Assembly (NCBI GenBank): GCA_025453445.1
Contig: JALOQJ010000004.1
Coordinates: 1 to 51,479, forward strand
Direction of reading: 5' to 3'
Length of the DNA: 51,479 bases
Origin: Candidatus Omnitrophota bacterium
GTDB taxonomy: Bacteria; Omnitrophota; Gorgyraeia; Gygaellales; Profunditerraquicolaceae
This document shows, one piece after another, positions 1-7,757 of the stretch; the first letter of the stretch is position 1, and each line of letters begins with the position of its first letter. Below the pieces are notes generated by a model that worked only from the letters and a program-made list of their open reading frames with translations, was not told the origin of the DNA and made no database searches. The translations under genes and the position numbers were made by a program.

Positions 1-31
1 AAGAGGCATTGCTTATTTAAAGGGGGTAGGC

Positions 32-511
32 ATGGGAAAACAAGCAAGAGCAATCGCGGATTTAAGTTTAAAGGAATTAGTGCATGACCTGAATAAGGCC
101 TATGCCGATGAATGGCTTGCGTTTTATCTTTATTGGTATATGGCACAGGCAGTTTCCGGACGCGCATACGAGGATATTGCTGAGATGCTGAATAAACTCG
201 CTAAGGATGAGTTAGAACACGCAGGAGAAATTGCAGATTTAATTATTAAGCTTGGTGGAATGCCGATAGCTAATCCAATGGATCTGGAAAAAAATGCCAA
301 TGCGCCTTATCTGATGCCGCCGAAGAATACCGCGGACATCAACCGGATTATCCGTATTGTTTCCGAGGCAGAGGCAGGAGCAATTGATGTATATCATAAG
401 ATTGCTAAAAAAACGCATGGCAAGGATCATGTAACTTATCAGTTAGTGACGCATATATTGTCCGAAGAAGTCTCGCATGAAGAGATGTTTGAAAATTTAA
501 TGGAGAGGTAA
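32..511 (+). CDS. Ferritin-like / Dps-like di-iron protein
   Basis: 159-aa ORF with a helical ferritin-like pattern and paired Glu/His ligand motifs (KDELEHAGE, SEEVSHEEM). A purine-rich RBS (aggggg) lies upstream of the ATG. Confidence 0.7.
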   Translation: MGKQARAIADLSLKELVHDLNKAYADEWLAFYLYWYMAQAVSGRAYEDIAEMLNKLAKDELEHAGEIADLIIKLGGMPIANPMDLEKNANAPYLMPPKNTADINRIIRIVSEAEAGAIDVYHKIAKKTHGKDHVTYQLVTHILSEEVSHEEMFENLMER

Positions 512-512
512 A

Positions 513-695
513 ATGGCGAAAGTAACAGTTGATGTTGCTACATGTGTAGGCTGCGGGTTGTGTGAACAAGCTTGCCCTGAGGTATTTCAGGTGCAAGGCG
601 ACGGGATTGCCCATGTAAAGGCGCAGGTATGCGCTTTGCATAATTTGCAGGAAGTGGCAGAGCAATGCCCGGTGAATGCGATTAAAGTAAGCTAA
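513..695 (+). CDS. Small 4Fe-4S ferredoxin
   Basis: 60 aa with the cluster motif CVGCGLCEQACP plus a distal C..CP. It starts 2 nt after the upstream stop, so it is probably translationally coupled. Confidence 0.75.
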   Translation: MAKVTVDVATCVGCGLCEQACPEVFQVQGDGIAHVKAQVCALHNLQEVAEQCPVNAIKVS

Positions 696-716
696 GAAAT
701 AGGGTCAAAAATAAAA

Positions 717-765
717 GGGGACGGTTATCTTTTTTTAAAAAAGAGAACCGTCCCCTAGTTTTTTT
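717..765. terminator. Bidirectional intrinsic terminator between convergent genes
   Basis: GGGGACGGTT (717-726) pairs with AACCGTCCCC (746-755), and an inner CTTTT/AAAAG extension lengthens the stem. An A-run lies upstream and a T-run at 759-765. It sits between the ferredoxin stop and the stop of the minus-strand giant gene. Confidence 0.6.
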
Positions 766-3700
766 ATTGGCTGCACTTGGAGCAGAAATCGGAATTGGGG
801 ATCTGCAGCCATGAATTAATCCCCGAGGCACTTAGGCCAAAGGTGCTGCCGGAAGCAGAATTTTCTTTGCCGAAATTAATTTCATAGCCGTATGTGCTGC
901 TAGGGTTATAATAGCTGGAGTAATAGGGCACATAACCTTTGGCAAAATAACCATATTGCGCATAGTTAGTGTATTGCTCCCACCAGTTCTCGTCGGGTTT
1001 CCTGATGCAACGGCCGTCAGAATAGCAAATTTGATAAGGGTAGCCGTACTGTACGTCATAATAACTTTTGACAAAGGTTCCATTTTCATCATAGATATGT
1101 TTATAATAGGCAAGCGGGATTGGAAGGCGTTTTTCTTCTGCTAATTGTATGAAAGAGCCGACAATGGTTCTTGTCTTAGGGGCTCCGTCAGCGCCTATCC
1201 AACGTTCTAAAGTATAGCCTTGGGGTTCATAAGGTGAGACCATTGCAGTATTATAAATTACATCGTAATAAACCCTGTTAGGTTGGGTAGTTTCTGTTGC
1301 TGAATCATATTTGCCTTCACCGGCGTTTAAAAGTACTGCCTGAGCATTCCCGGCGCCGGGGTTAGTAGGATTAAAGTATGTATTAATGAGATTTGCGGTC
1401 CATGTGCCCCAAGGAAGCGTATCAATGTTAATGCCATAGTCGTTGCAATATTTTACCAGTTTGCCATCTGTGTCATAAGCGAGTGCTGTTTCTTTAGTGA
1501 CGTTATTCAAATAATTATTTAGGAAATTTGAGTTTTTTAGAGAACTGGCGTAGTTATAAGAAGAAAAGCTCTCCCAGTAATTATAAGAGCTGATACCAAA
1601 AAGGCTGCTTATCTCGCTAATATACGGCTGAAAATAATCCGAGACTGTATAAATTGCCCGGTTTGTGCTGATCAAAGCCGCGGGTTTCCAGGTGTATTCG
1701 GAACTTGCACCGCCGTGTGCTTCTTTGTAGGCACTATAAGCAGCTGTTTCGCCGTCGCGCTGATGGTCAAGATTAAAGCTTCCTGCCACATAGATATTAT
1801 GCGGAGTAACTACTGTTAAGCCGTTTTCCGGCAGGATGCCGGCATTTTTTATAAAAACTGAAAAATCATATGCAATATCGTTAGAATTAGCACTTTCTAT
1901 ATAAATTACTCCGTTAAAAGGCTGGTTGTTTTGCGTTAAATATTGCCTTAATTGCGCTACGTCGATTTCCATAATTTTAGTTTTACCGGCGTTTGAAGTT
2001 GAAAAACCAGTAGAGTATTCCTGCGTAACTTTCGCCGGATGAAGGATATTATAAAATTGGCTGAAGTTGACTACTTGCCCTTCTTCTAAATCTCCGGCAG
2101 TAGTATTCCATTCATATTGCTGTGGAGGGGGGTTTTGCGCGTATAATGCTGTATATGCATCCCAATAGGCATCGAGAAGGTCAAAGAAATCAGACATAGG
2201 AATTGTGCCGAGAAGATCAAAAATTGGATCATCTTGATCACCAAAAGTAAAACTAATGGTATATTCTCCCAGTAAGGTAACGGTGTGCACAGTATCTTCC
2301 CAATTTTGATATGCCGTAGTATACCCATTAGATATATAAAGGCCTCCGTCCTGCGCTTTATTCTTATAGGAGTCGTTATCTAAACCGATTGCAGTCATGT
2401 AGCTGGCGCCGTTGGAGCTATCCTTGATAACATTATTTAATGAGGTTGTTGTGGTTTCTTCTGTATCAGTTTTTTTAATAGTCGCTGTTTTGCTGTTCAG
2501 CCAGCTCAGCCAGTCTGTGGATTGTTCTTTAGTATTCAGGAAAGGCACATCAATATAATCGCCGGCTGAGCGGTCATCGCCGTAGGTTAAATCAGTCCAC
2601 CATTCGCTGTTGATATAGGATGGGTTTGTGCCCTGCCATGTTTCCCAGAATTTCCTCGCCAAGGCTCCGGTAGTATCGGTATCGGAGCTAGTATAGCCGT
2701 TATTAGTTTTCCATGTTTCCCAATTAAAAGTGGAGGGGCTGCTGCTAAAAGTAGCATAATCAGTGCTGTTTAAGAAGTTACCTGAGCCTTTTTTATAGGC
2801 CAGCCAAGCAAGGGCAGGATTATCAATTTTAAAAGCAATCGGTACTTCGCTGCTGGATTTTGTCCCGTCATATTTGTCCCAGCTCCAAGTTGTACTCAGT
2901 TCAACAGGCAGTGGAACACCGTCAACTGTGGCGCAGTAAGTTGTAGCGAGATAATTGGAATTAAAATGATATCTGGTATTATAACCTATAGTAGACGATA
3001 GAGAATAATCGTAAGGAGGGGTGTCGTTTTTAGGCAGGGACGCTATGCCGTCAATAGTAGTATTATTGCTATCATATGAATAGGGGGAACTAAATTTCCA
3101 GTTATAGAGTGAATAGTATCCTCTATGCCCGCTGTCAGCAGTGCTTAGTTCAACAATATTTTTAAAAATTGTGCTCGTTGATCCGCCGGCAAAAATAATC
3201 ATGCCGTTGACATGAATTTTTCCGTAACCCGCGCCATCATAAGTGCCGCCGGAAAAAGTATGGTCGCTGGGGAAGAAGTAGAAGTAATTAAACATTGAAT
3301 TTTTGTTTACTCTTAATTCTAATGTGCAGGCAGCAGTTGCCTTGGGGTCTGTACCTTGGGAATGTATTACGATGATGCCGGTAGCAACGCCGGTATCCTT
3401 ATTTAGTTCCGGGTAAACAACCACTTTAAAATAATGCGGGTTTAGCGTTTCATCCATATAATATGATCCGTCTGTATTGAATTTGCCTTCGTAACCGCTG
3501 CCAATGAGGCTGGAAGTTACGGTGTTTTTTATTAAGCTTGTAGTACCCGACCAAGTGTGTGTGTTCCAGTCAAAATTATGCTGGTTTAATTCTGCATAGG
3601 CATAATGAATGCCTTCCTCGGCATTGTAAAAAGCCTGTGTTAAACCTTTCTCCCTCTGGGAAAGCACATGTTCAGAGGCATAGCGCAGGAAGATAGCACT

Positions 3701-3781
3701 GCCTAAGACGCTTAAAAAAAGCAGCACGCCAAGGGCAATTATCAGGGCGGCACCGTTATTATTCTTTTTTATTTTGTCCAT
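764..3781 (-). CDS. Giant PilX/GspK-like pilus-tip protein, paralog 1 (1005 aa)
   Basis: The N-terminus NNNGAALIIALGVLLFLSVLGSAIF is a PilX_N/GspK-type hydrophobic helix with no G|F cleavage motif and no E5. The remaining ~960 aa are rich in Tyr/Asn/Trp/Ser/Thr. By eye it is ~50-55% identical to the ORFs at 4873-7755 and 7758-10745. It follows two prepilin-type genes with a 1-nt gap. Confidence 0.55.
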   Translation of the reverse strand: MDKIKKNNNGAALIIALGVLLFLSVLGSAIFLRYASEHVLSQREKGLTQAFYNAEEGIHYAYAELNQHNFDWNTHTWSGTTSLIKNTVTSSLIGSGYEGKFNTDGSYYMDETLNPHYFKVVVYPELNKDTGVATGIIVIHSQGTDPKATAACTLELRVNKNSMFNYFYFFPSDHTFSGGTYDGAGYGKIHVNGMIIFAGGSTSTIFKNIVELSTADSGHRGYYSLYNWKFSSPYSYDSNNTTIDGIASLPKNDTPPYDYSLSSTIGYNTRYHFNSNYLATTYCATVDGVPLPVELSTTWSWDKYDGTKSSSEVPIAFKIDNPALAWLAYKKGSGNFLNSTDYATFSSSPSTFNWETWKTNNGYTSSDTDTTGALARKFWETWQGTNPSYINSEWWTDLTYGDDRSAGDYIDVPFLNTKEQSTDWLSWLNSKTATIKKTDTEETTTTSLNNVIKDSSNGASYMTAIGLDNDSYKNKAQDGGLYISNGYTTAYQNWEDTVHTVTLLGEYTISFTFGDQDDPIFDLLGTIPMSDFFDLLDAYWDAYTALYAQNPPPQQYEWNTTAGDLEEGQVVNFSQFYNILHPAKVTQEYSTGFSTSNAGKTKIMEIDVAQLRQYLTQNNQPFNGVIYIESANSNDIAYDFSVFIKNAGILPENGLTVVTPHNIYVAGSFNLDHQRDGETAAYSAYKEAHGGASSEYTWKPAALISTNRAIYTVSDYFQPYISEISSLFGISSYNYWESFSSYNYASSLKNSNFLNNYLNNVTKETALAYDTDGKLVKYCNDYGINIDTLPWGTWTANLINTYFNPTNPGAGNAQAVLLNAGEGKYDSATETTQPNRVYYDVIYNTAMVSPYEPQGYTLERWIGADGAPKTRTIVGSFIQLAEEKRLPIPLAYYKHIYDENGTFVKSYYDVQYGYPYQICYSDGRCIRKPDENWWEQYTNYAQYGYFAKGYVPYYSSYYNPSSTYGYEINFGKENSASGSTFGLSASGINSWLQIPNSDFCSKCSQ

Positions 3782-3782
3782 A

Positions 3783-4400
3783 TTAATTTAAGTTCCTCAG
3801 CCAAACCCGCGATTTTAATGATGTAGTTACATTTTTCGTATTTGCGGCAGTTAAAGCAATTTGCACGGATGTCGGGCTGTAAGTATTATTAGGTAAACCA
3901 ATAAATTCCACGGATTCTATATTATTTGCCAATACCATACTGCCGGAAGAAACTTCGTTTTTGTTGGAATCAAGGAGTATTCTTTTTAACTGGCCAGTAT
4001 CTTTCTCTGGAGCTTTTACAACTTTGTAACAAATCCAATAATTTTCCATGGAGTCACCGCCCCAGATTTTAGAGCCTGCGCTGTCCAGTTTTATCTGCTG
4101 GCTAGTATATAGGGGTACCTGAAAGCGGATTACGCTGCCTGTGCCAGTGGAAATAGCCGAGCCGGAATCATCTAATATTTGCAGATGGCCGGAAGAGCTG
4201 CTGAAACGGAGTTCCTGCGACATTGCCTGCATTGCCCTGCGGCTGTCCTGCTGGATTTGAATTTTTGCTTCCGAAACCCGCCAGCTGGATAAGCCTGCTA
4301 TCATTGTTGTCATAATTGCCCCGCAGACAAGCGAAAAAATAGCCGCGGTAATTAAGACTTCTGCTAATGTAAAAGCTTTTTCAGGGTGCGGTGAATTCAT
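3783..4400 (-). CDS. PilW/GspJ-like minor (pseudo)pilin
   Basis: Prepilin N-terminal methylation motif KAFTLAEVLITAAIFSL (E5 present), followed by QQDSRRAMQAMSQELRFS, typical of the PilW/GspJ family. 205 aa. Confidence 0.7.
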   Translation of the reverse strand: MNSPHPEKAFTLAEVLITAAIFSLVCGAIMTTMIAGLSSWRVSEAKIQIQQDSRRAMQAMSQELRFSSSSGHLQILDDSGSAISTGTGSVIRFQVPLYTSQQIKLDSAGSKIWGGDSMENYWICYKVVKAPEKDTGQLKRILLDSNKNEVSSGSMVLANNIESVEFIGLPNNTYSPTSVQIALTAANTKNVTTSLKSRVWLRNLN

Positions 4401-4404
4401 ATTA

Positions 4405-4851
4405 TTACCCCATATTCATAATCGTGGTTTGCAAGGATACCGGCGAAGCAGTTTTACTGCCTATTGTTTTGCCGTCAACTTCTGTCCACCAGACCAAAAC
4501 TTTTACCCTGTACATTGTTATTGGCTGAGTCATTGCAGCCTGCACATAAGAAATGCCTTTAAAATTCGGCAGCACAGTTGTGTTATCTGCGGCATAAATA
4601 TCAAATTCTGAATTATTATATTGGGTTAACTGATCAAAATCGATTTTTAAGGTTTCATCGCTGGGGTTGGTGCGCGCTTTAATTTTCTCCAGCCTTTCCA
4701 GCGCTGCATTGACGGCAACGCTAAAATTGCGCGTTGATTCCAGGCTCTTAAGATATTGGGCGTTAAACGATAGGATTCCGGTAAAAGCCGTTACCAGAAT
4801 AGCCGCGGCAAGTAGGATTTCTACTAAAGTGAGCCCTTTATTTCTTGGCAT
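4405..4851 (-). CDS. PilV/GspI-like minor (pseudo)pilin
   Basis: Prepilin motif NKGLTLVEILLAAAIL (E5 present). 148 aa, first gene of the distal module. Confidence 0.7.
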   Translation of the reverse strand: MPRNKGLTLVEILLAAAILVTAFTGILSFNAQYLKSLESTRNFSVAVNAALERLEKIKARTNPSDETLKIDFDQLTQYNNSEFDIYAADNTTVLPNFKGISYVQAAMTQPITMYRVKVLVWWTEVDGKTIGSKTASPVSLQTTIMNMG

Positions 4852-4872
4852 TTTTATCCGTTCCTTTCATTA

Positions 4873-7755
4873 CTAATATTCAGGATAAAAATTATTGTTA
4901 GGTATTTCAAACCAGGAGCCGACTGCTGCGGCAATCGGCCCGCTGGTTGAGCCTTCAGATGAGCTCTTAGCAAAATTAGGTTCGTAATTATAGTAACTCT
5001 TGCCAACATAAGAGCCGGAATATTGAGGAATATATCCGTGGCTATTATAACCATAATGGTATTTGCTGTTATAGTCATATCCGGGGCCTATTTGATATAC
5101 ATATAGGCCGGCTTGATTTTTTATACTGTAGGCGAAAGGCACTGAAGCCCGGTATTTATCTTCTAATTGTATCAAGGAACCTGTAATCTGGCGTTTTTTA
5201 GTAACACCGTCTACGCCTATCCAACGCTCTAAAGTATATCCTTCCGGTTCATAAGGGCTGACCATAGCAGTATTATAAATTACATCTTTAAGCACTCTAT
5301 TTGGCTGAGTAGCTTCGGTTGCTAAGTCATATTTGCCTTCTCCAGCATCTCGAAGTGCTTCTTGCGCTTTTCCGGCATCTGGATAAAGCGTAGTATTTAG
5401 GTATTGGTTAATATTATCTACCGTCCAAGTACCCGGGATATTCCCAAGTTCAGGATATTTAGCAAAAAAGTCTTTTACTGCCTGTGGAGCATTACTGCCT
5501 CCATAACTATTAAGATAAGAGTTGACAAAAACGCTGTCTTTTAAAGAATAAGGATAGTTTCCAGAGCTACCTAATCTCCAGTAATTATAGGAAGAAATAT
5601 CCGCAAGAGAACTTATAGCCTGATCTTTCTGAAAATTATCTGAAACCGTATAAATCATTCTTTGCGAACTGATTAAGGCAGCAGGGCGCCATTTGTAATC
5701 GGAGTTACTTCCACCGTGGTTCTCTTGATAATAATCATAGGCTTCACTTTCTGCTGCTGTTTTGCCTTCTTTATCGCGTTCATAATCAAGGTTAAAACTA
5801 CCCTGTACAATAATATTATGCGGGGTAACTAAAGTCAGGCCGTTTTCCGGCAGAATACCGGCGTTTTTTACCCTGATGGATAAATCATCGTAATAATAAT
5901 GATAATCCTCCACATCGGTACTTTCTACATAAACTACACCATTAAATGCCTGTCCCTTATCCTGCAGGTAATCCCTTAATTTTGCTACGTCGATATCTAA
6001 AATCGTAGTCGGCTTAGCATTTTGCACTCGGGTAGTTTCATTTTGCGAATCATAGACTCCCGGCTGGCGCACCGGGTTATAAAATAAGGTAGAGCTTATT
6101 ATATCTTCGAGGCCTTCGGGGATTTGCCATTCATACATGGTAGGCTTGCTTGAGTAATAAAGAGTATAATATGCAGTATACCATTGACCTATGCATAGAT
6201 AGTAAAGTGGGTCAGACGAATGGGTGGCAACCCAATTAGAAAACATAGTAGTGAAATTCGCCATAGTGAATACAACTGTTTCTCCGGTAGCTAAGAGGAG
6301 CTCGTGCGGCTGATTGAGCCACGCCGAATATTCATCGCTATATCCTTTAAGAATGGCAATCCCGCCGTTTTCCGCCTGTTTTTTGTAATTGGTCTCTAAT
6401 TTTATCGGTACAAGGTATTGCCCGCCGTTTGAGCCGTCTTTGAGTACAGAAGAGAGAGATTTGGTTTCGGGTTCGTCGGCATCGTATTTAGTAATAGTAG
6501 CAGTTTTGCCTTCTATCCAGCTTTGCCATGCGCTTGTTTGTTCTTTGGTATTTAGGTAGCTTACGTTGACAGTTTCGCTTACAGGACGGTCATTGCCATA
6601 GGTTAAGTCTGACCACCATTCATCATTGATATAAGATGGAGTATTGCCCAGCCAAGAGTTCCAGAATTTTCTCGCTAATGCACCGGTTGTATCGCTCCCC
6701 GAAGCTGTATAACCATTATTAGTTTTCCAGGTATCCCAGTCAAAGGTAGAGGGGCTGGCAACAAAACTCTGATAATCATCTCCGCTCAGGATAGCTCCAT
6801 CGCCGTTTTTGGTAGTCAGCCAGCTTAAAGCATCATTAGAAACTTGAAAAGATACTGCTTGTTCATTATCTGCGCGGTCGCCGCTATATTTATCCCAGGA
6901 CCATTCTTGGCTTAAAGTAGAAGGAAGGCTGACCCCATCAACACTAGCAGCTGTGTTGGAGGTAGTGAATTTGCGTGCTAGGGAGTACATATCATAGCTG
7001 GCATTGCTGGGAGTATAATAATCATAAGGAGGTGCGCTACTTCGCGAGAGAGGAGCAATACCATCAACAGTTGAGCCATCATAGCCTTTTGGCGAGCTAT
7101 ATTGGAAATTATAAAGCTGGAAATATCCGTTATTTGCGGCATTAGCAGTGCTTAGTTCGATAATGTTTTTAAAGATGGGGTTATTCTGTAGGATAATCCT
7201 GCCATTGACATGAATTTTCCCGTATCCTGCGCCGTCATAAGTGGCGCCACTAAAAGTATGGTCATTAGGAAAGAAATAAAAATAATCAAAAAGGGAATTT
7301 TTACTGACCCTTAATTCTACGGTGCGGGTTACTTTAGCCTGCGGGTCAGTAGCGCGGGAGTGGATTACAGTAACGCCTGTGGGAATTTTGGTAGTTTTAT
7401 TTAATTCAAGGTAAGTAATTACCTGAAAATGATGCCCGCTGATAGAATACAGTCCGTCATTATTGAAGCTGCCTCCGAACTGGGAAGTAATTCCTGAGGT
7501 GGGTGTTAGTGTAGTACCATTCCAAGTGTGTGTTTGCCAGTTATAACCATTTTGGGCAAGTTCACCATAAGCATAATTAAGGCCTTCTTCAGCATTGTAG
7601 AAAGCCTGCATCAGGGCTCTTTCGCGGTTAGAGATATTTTTTTCCGCGCCATAACGGATAAAAGAAGCGCTGGTAATAATGCTTAAGAAAAGCAATATCC
7701 CCAAGGCAATCAATAAGGCGATACCGTGATTTTTCGAAAGAGTAGTTTTTTTCAT
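4873..7755 (-). CDS. Giant PilX/GspK-like pilus-tip protein, paralog 2 (960 aa)
   Basis: N-terminal HGIALLIALGILLFLSIITSASF helix. It aligns along its full length with paralog 3 and with paralog 1. Confidence 0.55.
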   Translation of the reverse strand: MKKTTLSKNHGIALLIALGILLFLSIITSASFIRYGAEKNISNRERALMQAFYNAEEGLNYAYGELAQNGYNWQTHTWNGTTLTPTSGITSQFGGSFNNDGLYSISGHHFQVITYLELNKTTKIPTGVTVIHSRATDPQAKVTRTVELRVSKNSLFDYFYFFPNDHTFSGATYDGAGYGKIHVNGRIILQNNPIFKNIIELSTANAANNGYFQLYNFQYSSPKGYDGSTVDGIAPLSRSSAPPYDYYTPSNASYDMYSLARKFTTSNTAASVDGVSLPSTLSQEWSWDKYSGDRADNEQAVSFQVSNDALSWLTTKNGDGAILSGDDYQSFVASPSTFDWDTWKTNNGYTASGSDTTGALARKFWNSWLGNTPSYINDEWWSDLTYGNDRPVSETVNVSYLNTKEQTSAWQSWIEGKTATITKYDADEPETKSLSSVLKDGSNGGQYLVPIKLETNYKKQAENGGIAILKGYSDEYSAWLNQPHELLLATGETVVFTMANFTTMFSNWVATHSSDPLYYLCIGQWYTAYYTLYYSSKPTMYEWQIPEGLEDIISSTLFYNPVRQPGVYDSQNETTRVQNAKPTTILDIDVAKLRDYLQDKGQAFNGVVYVESTDVEDYHYYYDDLSIRVKNAGILPENGLTLVTPHNIIVQGSFNLDYERDKEGKTAAESEAYDYYQENHGGSNSDYKWRPAALISSQRMIYTVSDNFQKDQAISSLADISSYNYWRLGSSGNYPYSLKDSVFVNSYLNSYGGSNAPQAVKDFFAKYPELGNIPGTWTVDNINQYLNTTLYPDAGKAQEALRDAGEGKYDLATEATQPNRVLKDVIYNTAMVSPYEPEGYTLERWIGVDGVTKKRQITGSLIQLEDKYRASVPFAYSIKNQAGLYVYQIGPGYDYNSKYHYGYNSHGYIPQYSGSYVGKSYYNYEPNFAKSSSEGSTSGPIAAAVGSWFEIPNNNFYPEY

Positions 7756-7757
7756 CG

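Noticed and set aside
4854-5078. Minus-strand ORFs MTITANTIMVIIATDIF... (4854-5078) and MTITAVTIMAIIATDIF... (7628-7951), which resemble each other
   Set aside because: They are out-of-frame readings of the conserved 3' ends of giant paralogs 2 and 3. The similarity reflects the DNA duplication, not a real gene family.
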